Shown here: positions 35,961-47,128 of the stretch, piece after piece
Position numbering within the stretch: position 1 is the stretch's first letter
Layout of the letters: the number at the start of each line of letters is the position of its first letter
Assembly (NCBI GenBank): GCA_001949185.1
Contig: BDGG01000024.1
Coordinates: forward strand, 76,587 to 140,586
DNA from: Ramazzottius varieornatus
Lineage: Eukaryota; Animalia; Tardigrada
Length of the DNA: 64,000 bases
Direction: 5' to 3'
Program-made: the position numbers and the translations under genes
The notes under the pieces: model-generated
Databases searched by the model: none
What the model was told of the DNA's origin: nothing
The model's input: only the letters and a program-made list of their open reading frames with translations

Positions 35961-38419
35961 TTACTCCACAGACAGCACTTTGATGTACTGACTTCGCTGC
36001 CGCATAGTTCGACAGAAATCAGTATTGTTTTCGCTGCCTGAAGGCTTTTGACAGACGCGAGTCTCACCGCTGCAGATACACCTGCAAACAGTGCCTGCGC
36101 AGTAATTGTCCAGCACGGAATGCCGTGGAGTCGAAGCAGTACCGGCGTGATCGGAGAAAAAGAAGAACAAGTTTGACGTGAACCGCGAACTGATCCGTTA
36201 CTGCGTTCAAGACGTTCGGACACTGAAAGCCTGCGCCGAGTCTCTGCGTCAGCAATTCCAAGACCTGTCCGGTGGACTGTGCATCTTTTCGTGTGCTTTG
36301 ACCATCGCGGGAGTGTGTGGATATTTTTGGCGATGCCGAATGTTAAGGGAAGAGGAAGTGGAGCTGGTGCATCGCCCGTCGAAACGAGCCAGCTCGGTCA
36401 AGGCGCAAAGGTGGTTGCGCATGATGGCTGACGAAGACAATGTAATCGAGATGGAGACGGAAGTACACATTGGATCATATTATGTCGACGGCTTTGATAA
36501 CGACACGTCAACAGTATACGAATTTTACGGTAAGCCGGCACTTCCTCCAGTGAGCAGAACGAATTGGCAGTTTTCTTTTTGCTCCCACAGGATGTCTCCA
36601 TCATGGGCACGATACGCACACTCGACCGGAAACTGTTCACCCGTGGCTCAAGCAGTCAATGGGTGACTTGTTTCGTCGGACAATGGCTCGAGAACGGCAG
36701 ATCATCCAGCTGGGCTACCGCGTCAAGTCGATCTGGGAATGTGAGTTTGACCGGCTAATGAAATCCGACGCCGGTCTACGGCGGGAACTAGATTCGGCTG
36801 TTATCGTGACACGTCTGGAACCGCGCGCCAGTTTATACGGTGAGTGGACCTCAGAGTAGGACAATCACACAGCACGTCCACGACTAGTTTTTATTTGGTA
36901 CAGGTGGACGCGTCAATGGTACCGTTTTACATCATCGGTGTCGTGCCGGAGAAGAAATCCATTACCGCGACGTCATCTCGGAGTACCCGTGAGTTACTGC
37001 ACACGGTGCCGCACTGAGTTGTTTTCGTACGTACGTGTGCATATATCTACAGGTTCGTCAACAAGACCAAACGGTATCCAGTGGGTAAACACACCGTCAT
37101 TACTCGCAATTTCGTTGACGATGTAACGGCGTACTTTGGCCTACTGAAGATAAAGATACTACCACCCCGCGACCTGTGGATCCCCGTACTACCGTACCGT
37201 ACATCCAAGCTCACCTTCCCTCTGTGCCTCTGTGCTGACACCGATCAGTGTACGCCCTGCCAGCATGACGATGAGGAACGGGCCCTGCTGGGAGTATGGT
37301 GTTCACCGGAAGTTGAGAAAGCCTTCGAACGGGGCTACCGCGTCCTCCAGTGTTACGAGATGTGGCATTATTCCGAGTCCAGAGAACGACTTGTCGCCGA
37401 GTACATAGACCACTTTTTAGCCTTAAAAACACAAGCCTCTGACTGGCCCGCCGGAGTGAAAACCGACGCGGAAAAGGAGGCATTTCTGCGGGACTTCCTT
37501 CAAACTGAAGGTGTCCAATTGGACCGAGAGAAGATGGAGAAAACTCCTGGTATGAGAGCACTAGCCAAGCTCTGTTTGAAAGGGAAAGGGAAAAACCTGC
37601 ACCCTCATAGTCCGTCAGTGTCATGTTTATTTTTTCCTAGTTTCTGGGAAAGTTGGCGATGCGAGACAATAAACCCGCTACCATTTTTATCAAGGACCCA
37701 CACAAATTTCACGAGTTTCTCAATTCAACTCAGTACAACGTCACGTCCTTTGATTTGATCAACGAAGATGTGCTGCAACTATCGTATACGTTACAAGAGG
37801 AGTTTGTGGAAACCAACCCGAAGACTAACGTGGTCTTGGCAGCGTAAGTGTACGGGAACAGGAGAACGCGGAATGACCATGCGAAGACAAATAAATAAAA
37901 ATCACTTTCTTGCGTAGGTTCACGACAGCCCATGCTCGCTTACATCTGTTGCAGTACTTGGAGATGTGTGGAAGGCGGACCCTCTACTTTGACACTGACA
38001 GCATCATCTACGTGTGTGGCGACGGTGATATCCCCTTATCGACGGGAAATACCCTGGGATGTTTGACCAGTGAGCTGGAAGAAGGGGAACACATTGTGGA
38101 ATTTTGTGCCACCGGCGCCAAGTCTTATTCGTACATTACCAACAAGGGCCACGCGGTCTGCAAAGTGAAGGGCTTCACGCTGACGCGCTGTGCTGGACGC
38201 GTCATCAACTTCCACACCATGCGCGACCTGTTGACGGTTCCCGGTCCCCAAGTTTTACCTGTCCACTATCCGTTCAACATTCGCCGTCGCAAGAGAGAGC
38301 TGGAGATCGACGCAGTGCCCGTTGTTAAAAAGTTCCAGCCGACATATACGGACAAACGAGTGGTTGATACAGCGACGTGGGCCAGCACGCCCTATGGTTA
38401 TGACATGGCTCTGTTATAG
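35961..38419 (+). pseudogene. pPolB: Protein-primed family B DNA polymerase with VSR-like insert, spliced; most of the exonuclease domain deleted
   Basis: Cys cluster, YCVQDV (ExoIII), YEFYG|CLHHGH...IWECEF, PRASLYG|GR, YRDVISEYP (A), KLCL...GKL (B), YFDTDS (C); introns 36530-36590, 36840-36903, 36989-37052, ~37583-37640 (donor mutated), 37844-37917. Confidence 0.95.
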
Positions 38420-38704
38420 TCTACTGTGGTTTGTGGTCGAATTTCCCTGCTGTGGTATTTTATCACTAGACGTAATAAAAGATGGCTGAAGAAGTGAACG
38501 AGCCAGTTCGGTAGCGGCGTGACACAGGCCAGAGTTTCCTCGCAAGCGGAAAATTTCAAAAATATCTAAAAGAGCCAACGAAATCACGATAAAAATGGTT
38601 AAGGTTAGACCAAGCCACGGCGGAAGGAGGTGAGCTCGAGAAGGTCTAGGGCTGTAAGATGGGTAGAGGGGAGGGGACAAACCAGGAATTCCCGATGAGG
38701 CCAT
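38414..38704 (-). CDS. Small single-TM hypothetical protein
   Basis: Open frame with WLGLTLTIFIVISLALLDIF; no family recognised. Confidence 0.3.
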   Translation of the reverse strand: MASSGIPGLSPPLYPSYSPRPSRAHLLPPWLGLTLTIFIVISLALLDIFEIFRLRGNSGLCHAATELARSLLQPSFITSSDKIPQQGNSTTNHSRL

Positions 38705-38773
38705 GATGGCAGCGATGGTCACTAGCTGGCTATGTTGTTGTGTACAAGAGCTACTTAAATGCCAGTACGTAAT

Positions 38774-40643
38774 TTAAGAAAGTAAAATTTCTTTGCGGTC
38801 GCGGATCAGCTGGCTGCGCACGGGGCAGTGTGTCATGGCCGCGCCGCAGCGTCCGCAGGTGCAGACGTGTTGGCACGGCTCGAAGAACACCGACGACTGG
38901 AAGTCCAAGCAGATCTTGCAGCGCAGTATATTACGCAAGGCTTCCTCATTTCCGTTGGTCAGCTGGGCTCGGTCCGCATCGCGCATGGCTTCCTGGTTGA
39001 TCAACGTCTGTTTGCGTTCTTCGATGCGTTTCAGCAGGGCTTCGTAGCTCCAGACAACGTCGTGCGTCGAGTCCAGGTCCAACACATACTCGGCATGTCC
39101 ATAGTCATCGGGCCAGTGCAGACGGATACAGCGCAACAAGGCTTGCTTGCCTGCAAAGAAGAAAATCATCATTCAGTTTCCACGCGGTCAGCAGCAGCAG
39201 TGGAGGAGAAAGTCGTTCCCTGAAAGCGACTTTCTCCCCTGACCCGCTGCGGAGCAGAAAGTCATCTTCAGCCAATGACTTTACACTCCAGTGCCTACTT
39301 TCCAAGCCGCGGTACAAGGTGGAGGAATGCCCACGCAGGATGGAGCAGACGTTGTTGACGAAGCAGACAACACGGGTGTTGATGACGTAGGCACAAGTCG
39401 CTGCCGCCTGCACGTGTCCCACCCACGGGTCGACATCGTTACCGCGCACCTCCACTTGGACATGCAGTAGAAGCAGCGAACGATGGCGGGGAAGCCTCCT
39501 GTAACAAAAGAAGTCAGGACTTCAGGAGAGAGAAAGGTGTAAAACCGATCTGCAACAAAAATAACGGCAGTCAGGGACTCGATAGCCTGACGAGTATCCC
39601 AACAACGGTCCGTCTGGACCGCGTAGCGGTCGGACGGACTATTGTTGGGCCTTTTGAGAAACGGAGAAGTTTTTCGGGCAAACCGCTGGTTTTGGCCGGC
39701 GGGACCTTTCTCACTCTAGTGTTGAGACAGAGCTGCTGTATTGCGCGGCCCAGGGTACTGCCGAGTCGGTGGGCTGCGCGTGACGGACTTACGTTTGAAG
39801 TAGAAGCCGGCCATGGCCAAGGACGATGCCATGCCCCACAGTCGCGTGAGCCAGTACGGGTTGCATTACGAAACGAAGCGAGCAGCGTACGAAGACATGT
39901 CACGACGCTTGGAGGCTGGCGGGGTCATACAGTACTCCAGAGCGTCCTGCAGCGGATCGACGGTGGCCGGATATCCGGGATTCAAGGTGGCTTGGTTCTC
40001 CAGATCGTGCTGGCTCGTTCGTCCTTCACACAAATGACGCTGAGTGGTGAAGACCTCGATGCTGGTGATCCCAGTCTTATGGCAAGCGCAGTTCATGGTT
40101 GACGCCCGAGCAGTACCAACCACGGCCAGCCAGTTCCATCTTGCGGCTAGCGCTGATGGGACAGAAGCGAAACGAAGCCAGCCGGTTGAACTGGCTATAG
40201 ACGGGCAGACGCGCATCTTGCATCAGTTCGCCGCAGTGCATGGTGGACCAGGTGCGCGAGAGGAATCCCATCGGGTTGGGCGGCGGCGGGAGCGGTGGAT
40301 GAGATGCGGCGTTGTTGTTGTTGTTGGCGGTCGGCGGCGGCGGGCCTGGAGCTGGATGGTTGTTGCTATCGATGGAGGCCACAGCGGCTGCGACGGCGGC
40401 GTTCGCTGCTGCCTCGTTCTCCAAAATGGCTGCCGCTTCCACTTCCATCACGGGAATCAGCAATGCTCCGTCATCGTCCACCACGTCCATGATGTCATCG
40501 GCGTCAGAGTCACCGTCGCTGTCCGCGATGCCATGGTCGACGTTGTTGGTGACGAGGAAACTACCAGGAGCCCCAGCACTGGGCGCCGATACGGGTAAGA
40601 CCGGTGGAGGGGTGGGCGTACCGCGAAACGCCGGGCTGGCCAT
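38774..40643 (-). pseudogene. IAP: Inhibitor of apoptosis (two BIR-like repeats + C-terminal RING), spliced and frameshifted
   Basis: RLASFRF...LAGRGWY; YAARFVS...LAMAGFYFK|RGFPAIVRCFYC...DPWVGHVQAAATCAYV across intron 39499-39792; RING CKICLD...FEPCQHVCTCGRC...CPVR. Confidence 0.82.
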
Positions 40644-40685
40644 GATGCACAAAGAATGGACATTGAACGGATGAAACGTTGCCGG

Positions 40686-40883
40686 TTTTATACACCAACA
40701 ATCCTAAACTCAACAGTAACCCCCCCCCCTTTTCCATGAAAACCACAACGGCTGTTTTGCGTAAAATCCATCCCGCCCATTGGCGCAAGAACCATGTTAG
40801 CAGTGTGGCGTAAGATCCATGCAGCCGGTATGGCGTGAAAAGTGCCCCTTCCGTGACATGCTGCCGGACGCCGCATATAAAAG
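40686..40883. promoter_or_regulatory. Divergent promoter with back-to-back TATA boxes for the IAP and PC4 genes
   Basis: TATAAAA on the minus strand (40686-40692) and TATAAAAG on the plus strand (40876-40883), followed by a tcattc Inr-like site; several TGGCG/E2F-like words between. Confidence 0.55.
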
Positions 40884-41069
40884 GCAGGAGGACTATGCTC
40901 CGAAGCTTGCATTCATTCATTCTCTAACGCCGCCGCCGCCGGCCACCACCACCACCACCACCGTCACTTCCTTTCTTTTCGAAAAGTTTCCTGTTCTGGG
41001 CTTGCCTCGTTACGTTTTGGGTCTGTCCCTGTGGACTATTGTAGGTTGTGTGATGGACAACACCAACCG

Positions 41070-42435
41070 ATGGCACCACCTCCGAAATTCGCCAGGACCA
41101 AGACTGTTCGCGTCAAGCCCCAAGTTCCCAAACTGGACCTGGTCGGAGGTCAACCACGGCTGGCCACCGATCAACCCACCACACCACCTACGCCAACTCC
41201 CAGCAGTGTGCAGTGTAAGCTTAAGTTCCCCACTGTTAGCAACTGCGCGAAGAATGCTGCGGTGGCTCCTCAGCGGGATCTACAAGACTTTGTTCTCCTC
41301 AGCAGCAACAATAAGCGCTACGTCAACGAGGACCTCAACATTGAACACAAGCGAAAGTTCCCCACCGGAAAACCAGCCTTCCTGTACCAAGGGTTCCCTG
41401 TGATGAAGTTTGGGTACGCTACTCGAATTTTATTGTTTCATTATTCGTTATGGTTTCAATGTTATATTTTTTTCCCTCTCCTCTTCGTAGGTACGACAAG
41501 TTCTGCTGCCGGCGCTTGACGGACGAGAACGAGCTGGAAGCTGTCATTGGCGACTTCACCTGCGATCCTCCGGGCTCCGGCAAATGGGAACCGGGAGCCA
41601 AGCACGTGGTTCTCAACAAGGAGCAACTGCTGCGCCTGGTTGGGCTCATCTTCAACAACTTCACGACTAACTGCCGTGACGCCAAGGTCGCTGATACCGG
41701 TGCCAAACTGTCCTCCATGTACAACCTGGGGAAGGAGGTCCACTTTGTCTGGTGTGCCTACAACGACACGGCCATGGCTAACGTCCGCCAGTACTTCCGG
41801 CGCGCCGATGGTGACATGCAAGCAACCAGCCAAGGCGTCTCGCTGACGCCCAAAGCCTACGACTCCTTCCGGACTGGCATCATGGACCTGACGCTAATGA
41901 TAAAAGCTGAGAAGGTCCTGAGCTTCCGCACTGGTCCAATCCCTCCCCTACCCAAACCCAACCTAGAAGAACTGATCATGGGCCTGCCTTTCGTCATGTT
42001 CAAACAGTGGCTCTCGCGACTGGAAGAAAAGTGTGACAAGTGTCAGCAGCTTCGTCTGGTCTTCAAGGAGCCGTTGCGCCGGGACGCAGCGCACACCTGT
42101 CACTGGGGACGAACGGAGCTGACCTTGGACCAATGCATGAAGGCGGAAATTTTCCGCGAACTTCTCCACAGCAAGCGGGTCTTTGGTACGGGGAAGTTAC
42201 AGCGGGCATTTTGTTTGTTAGTGGAATGCAAAAGTACCTAACAACGATTTTAACCGCTGCAACTTTTGCTACAGGTATGCTGCTCCTGCTGAAGCCCTAC
42301 GGAGATGCCAGCAACTTTGACAACTTGCTGCAGTTCCCGATCCAGGATTTCCTCCTCACCCACAAGGCGGACCTGTTCGAGCAAATGAAGGTGATTGCCC
42401 ACGAAGAGCTGAAGATAACCAAGATTGTGGAGTAG
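41070..42435 (+). CDS. Protein with tandem PC4/Sub1-like ssDNA-binding domains; exons 41070-41413, 41491-42185, 42275-42435
   Basis: MYNLGKEVHFVWCAYNDTAMANVRQYFRRADGDMQATSQGVSLTPKAYDSF matches the PC4 pattern (MFQIGK...IDIREYW..GEMKPGRKGISL); upstream IGDFTCDPPGSGKWEPGAKHVVLNKEQL is a second repeat; GT-AG introns keep the frame, no stops. Confidence 0.78.
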
Positions 42436-42675
42436 TCTCCTTTAAGCCAGGTGAGGACCGGAAGATTAATTGTGCCTCTCTTTTGACCATAAATTGATTA
42501 TTCGGTTCTCACGCAGGTTCCGCCTAGCCCGTGACCATCACATGGTAAGGACCAACGAAATTACTTAGTGCTGTACCAGTCACTGAGTATTCTTTGGTTT
42601 CTTCACAGTCCTATCAGCTAGCGTCGAATCATTCGAGAAACACCCAACACCGCAATACCAGTTTACCATTTATCT

Positions 42676-42830
42676 TTATTGCACAAATTCTCTTGCACTT
42701 TGTCTAACTAGTACCGTCTTGTACACCCGTGTTTTTAGATCGAAAAAGTTATTCATAAATTGACAAACCATCTTTTCGCTATCGCGCGTGTCTCGTCAGT
42801 AAACAAGTGAATAAGATTCTATGTAAGATT
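42676..42830 (-). pseudogene. Diverged (~80%) inverted fragment of a protease gene 3' end
   Basis: Reverse complement reads ...IHLFTDETRA...KMVCQFMNNFFDLKTRVYKTVLVRQSAREFVQ*, a paralog of 33760-33907. Confidence 0.8.
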
Positions 42831-42869
42831 GGCCTCTTCAGTGGTTTTTGTTGTCGTCGACAGCCATAT

Positions 42870-43139
42870 CGCCGGAGTGAAAAGTCACTCTGGCAAGTCG
42901 ACTTTCTACCCTTGCGCCGGAGTGACGTCATATCACCGCAACGGAGTAGAAAGTATACTGGGCAAATCGACCTTGTACTCTGGACACGGGCTGACGTCAC
43001 TGTAGAGCACCGGAGGAAAAAGTCGATTCAGAAGAAGCACTTTCTCCTCTGCTGCAGTAATAAGACGTCTTCCCCCTGCCTAGATTCGAAAATCCATTGG
43101 GTAATGTTACCTCTGACTCTACGGCTGGAAAATACCGAT
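42870..43139 (-). repeat. Inverted copy of 33993-34262, including hr-like units
   Basis: Near-identical reverse complement. Confidence 0.93.
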
Positions 43140-43344
43140 CGGTTTTATCCCTGCGTATTTTTTCCCTTATCATGTTCGTTGTTATCCAGTACTTCGACAG
43201 TGACACAACAGCAATGGTTTACTATCGAGTTCGATGAGACATGGTAATACAGTATACTAACTGGTACGCCTACAACGAGGAAATACTCAGATAAAAACGA
43301 GAAAAATACTACAAAACGCACTATTCCGCCTGTTCCATCCAAAA

Positions 43345-44937
43345 TCAGGGAGACGCGGCGGTGGGCACACGTTTCCCGTTTTCGAAGACGTACCCAATCA
43401 TACCTCGGTAAACGGCTTGGCCGCATCTGCAGCGAATGCCGTCGCCTAACCGCTCCACCTGGTACCGATAATTGTACGTTAATTCTTCATTAACTCCAAT
43501 TACTCTATTCCCAACTAGTTTGAGACAAGGTAAGCCGTCCTTTGTCCAATTCTCGACACTCTAGTTCGGATCACAGGAGTGATTCACGAATCGCATTGTG
43601 CCGCCTTTCTTTCGTGCATCAACAAAAAACGGACCGCCGTGGTTCGTCGCACTGTGCAGCTGCATTATGTAGCAGCCGTTGGCGCCCTTCCGAAGTCGCT
43701 TCTTCTTCTCCGTAGCATCGATCACTTCTCCATGGTACGATCCAATGATCTTTCCCTAAAATAGGCAGGAAGAAAACAGCAGCTGTACGATAAGGTACTG
43801 GCAAATGAGCTTTACACAACTTATAGTCTTACTCACTCGTGGAATCACCTCCTTGGCCACAACCATCTTGTCTCCATCCGGATGATCCACCACATCCACC
43901 TTTGCCCACTTGTGCACGTCGCGAAGATCTCTGTTGTTGCAGTGTCGAGGTGGATTGTTTTTCAGGTCCTTACAATCATTCGGGCATTCTTCCTTCATGA
44001 CGTGCCTGTTGCTGTATTGGTTGCCGGTCGGATTGTCGCCACAGCGAGCCGGCATATCTTCAGGACAGTCACAAATCTGGTCGCCGGAAGTCTCCGAATC
44101 TGACGAGCCACCCCGCTTCTTTCGCTTCTTCCTGTTCACAAGCTCTCCCCAATCATTGTCCTGCAGCGAATTTGTACTAGATTATTTTCCCGCGGAAAAC
44201 CAAGGTAGAAGGAGTTTACGTACCGCTATTAGTTCGAAAGCTTTGTCTGATTCGGTACCGGACTCGTCGCCGCTCGAGTCTTCGCCATCTCCGTCACAGT
44301 CGTCATCGTCTTCCTCTTCGTCATCCGCCGCGCAGCCCTGCGAGGCAACAGTGCCCTGCGATGGGCGGTCAAGATAGGAGACCGCTCTGGGTGACGAGGA
44401 ATTATGAGGGATAGAGCTGGACAGGCTCATCACAGGCGACGGTGGTTGGCCACTGGTCACGGTCGGTCGCGGAGACGAAGACGTTCCGGGCAGCGGAGTA
44501 CTCGCTGCTAGAGGGCGAGGGCTAGATGAAGTTTGACGTTGGAGCGGATGCAGCTGAGACGGAGCACCAGAGGCGGTGGAGGTAGCGCGGGACGTTGTGC
44601 GCGAACGATGTGGAATGGCTAGTCGTCCGTTTGACTCCGGTGTGCGTGAATATCGAGATACCTGGAAAAGTAAATTGGATGGTCAACCAAACATGAGACG
44701 GACGACCACAGGTTGCAAGTCTGCAATTCACCGATAAATCTCGGCCGGGCGATCGTCTGATCTCTTCCGGAGTTCACTTCTTGCGGATCGGAGCGAGCTG
44801 CTTGCTGACTGATGACTTCTCGGCGGTTCTGGTTGCACGCGGCTGTTGCGACCGCTAACAGTTTGAGGAAGCGGCGGCAGAGCAGCGGGACTGGGACTTC
44901 GACTGGGCGAAGCAGAAGCTCGAGCACGGCGTCGGAC
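43345..44937 (-). pseudogene. Set2/NSD/ASH1-like histone lysine methyltransferase (AWS-SET-postSET), spliced, one stop in SET
   Basis: FELIA|DNDW...CDC...CG...NR...EC...C...CNN; IPR|GKIIGSYHGEVID...YIMQL...VDARKKGGTMRFVNHSCDPN*...EELTYNY...CRCGQAVYRGMIG; introns 43756-43836 and 44161-44223; 5' boundary uncertain. Confidence 0.88.
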
Positions 44938-44964
44938 CTACAAAACGTAGAACCGACTCACACC

Positions 44965-45054
44965 AGAGTAATAAAGCGATTCCTCAAACACACTTTCTAC
45001 TTTACAACTGCGCCAGAGTGAAAAATCGTGCTGTCAAAACGACTTTCTACTCTG
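44965..45054. promoter_or_regulatory. Two hr-like palindrome units
   Basis: agagtaataaag...ctttctacttt and agagtgaaaaa...ctttctactct. Confidence 0.55.
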
Positions 45055-45091
45055 ACGCAGTAATACAGCAAAGATACAGCACCAGAAAATA

Positions 45092-46735
45092 CTATTTCTG
45101 TGATTGGCCTCGCGAAAGGGTACCATCCCTTCCGTTGCTACTGCTGGATCGACCTCGGTCTGACACACGTGACGCGCTGCCAACGACACTGCGGGCTGTA
45201 GACATCCGACTTCTTGTTCCGTTGCGATCAGACAGACAACGAACAGCTAGTGCCCGTCCACGAGCGCCGGGTGCCCAACCGGAACGACCATGCCTCCGAC
45301 CACGAGCGACACCTGCCGGAGGGTCGTTGCCACCATGGTCGTCGTCATCATCGTTTCCACTACCGCCGTCGCCGTCACCATCGTTGTGGTTACCAGTACG
45401 GTCAGCCGGTCCATCCTCATCGTTCTGTTTATCGTCGGCTGTGTCATCATCGTTTGCCCCCACATCCGTTCCCTACTCCGTATCAGACAGATTCTCTTCG
45501 GTCTTGTAGGCTTCCCAGTCCCTCTCGTCATGGCTCCCGTCGGAGTCACCCTCGCGAGGCTCTACACCCAGGATTACAGCATCGGAAGGCCAGTGCTTCT
45601 ACAAAATACATACAGTACATAAGAATACACAGAATACACGAATGTGCTTCCTACTGTAACTCACGTTGACCAGCAGCCGTACTAGCAACCGCCTGAGCTG
45701 GTTGACTTTCTTCGCCGACAATGGTGTCGAAGGCACGCGGTTCTCCTGCGCACAGAAGCTGCTGTACTCGTACGGATCAGGGATGGGCAGCTGCGGATCG
45801 GGCGTCTTGAACAAAGAAGGAGTCTGTATTCCTCTCTGCATTATTCTGATGATCTGTGTGAGCAGATGCATCAGAGTATGCAGAAGGGAGCGTGTTGCTC
45901 TCTCAAGATCGGTCCGGAACCGCTCGAAAGAACCGCGTGGATCACGAGCCATCGCATAAGCCAAGGTTACAGCATATGCGCGCTGGATACCTCTGGCTGC
46001 TCGCATTCGACGTCTGATCTCCTCTTCCAGCACACTGAGATCCAGAAGAACACGTTCCGCCCGGTACCTCTCCTTAGCTAAACCACTTTCCAATTTCCAG
46101 TCGCGATTGATGTTCAGATTCATGTAGAATGCTGATCTGCCCATGAACTTGGTGATGTTCTCCACCAGCTTTTCCGGAACAGCTTCGGTTGTGTTCGCCG
46201 CCATACGATGGATCGTGTCGCTGGACTGGACAACGTGCTCCGCGGTGAGAAGAGTTCCATAGGCGGCAATGGGCTTCACAGGCTTCAGCATGGCGGACAG
46301 GCACTGTAAGTCGGCGGATGAGATGGCATCCAGCTTTAGCTTCTTGCGGGCCTCCGTGTGGATTTTCGTCAGTACAGATGTTTGTTTGGTGATCAGCTCA
46401 GCCAAATAATGACGCGTGACCATCAGGTGGTAATTCACATACATGTACTGATCATGGTGGTCATGCATAACCTGCAACTACAATAGAAACAAAGTTAAGT
46501 ACAAGATACTTGGTAGTTTCGAGTAAACAGATGCAAAGGATGGTCGTACCAATTCGTCCTTCTGGTCTTGGTCCATGCTGCGTACCCATGCTGTCGGAAA
46601 ACTGGCAGGTATGGTGATATCCAGACGTGGGAGCCCGCTGATGTCTGCCTTCGTGATTCCCAGAACATACGTGTAGAGGTTCCTCTGATCGGTCCGGCGC
46701 TTCTCCTCCTTGGCGATATTCTTTCGGGCCGGCAT
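45092..46735 (-). pseudogene. Spliced hypothetical protein (helical domain + acidic tail), possibly the N-terminus of the SET protein
   Basis: Phase-0 GT-AG introns 46472-46549 and 45599-45664 join the ORFs; one TAG before the Asp-rich tract. Confidence 0.55.
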
Positions 46736-47128
46736 GTCTCAACGATAAATATAACACAAATTCTACTTTACTGATAAATAATAAGCATCTCAGGAAGTCC
46801 GGATGGAATACGCTCGTTTCGGACAAGACTCGAAGGATGGACAGAAATTTTCGGACCAGCAAGATCGACCTCGAAAATTCACCCTGCTGTGTTACCATGT
46901 TTACTGACAGGCAGCAAAGTCACACCTGTGTGCTACATTACAGCCTTTATTCGCGGACATCAACATCCTTTATCTTTAAGCGGTCTACAATGGGGCAGGC
47001 AGGGAACAATAACAATAGCCATNNNNNNNNNNNNNNNNNNNNNNNNNNNNNNNNNNNNNNNNNNNNNNNNNNGTATAGGGCGTGGCTCTGCATGGACGTC
47101 ACCTTACATTGCTGGAGTAAAAAGTACA

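Noticed and set aside
39692-40674. Long plus-strand ORFs
   Set aside because: Antisense shadows of the GC-rich IAP coding strand
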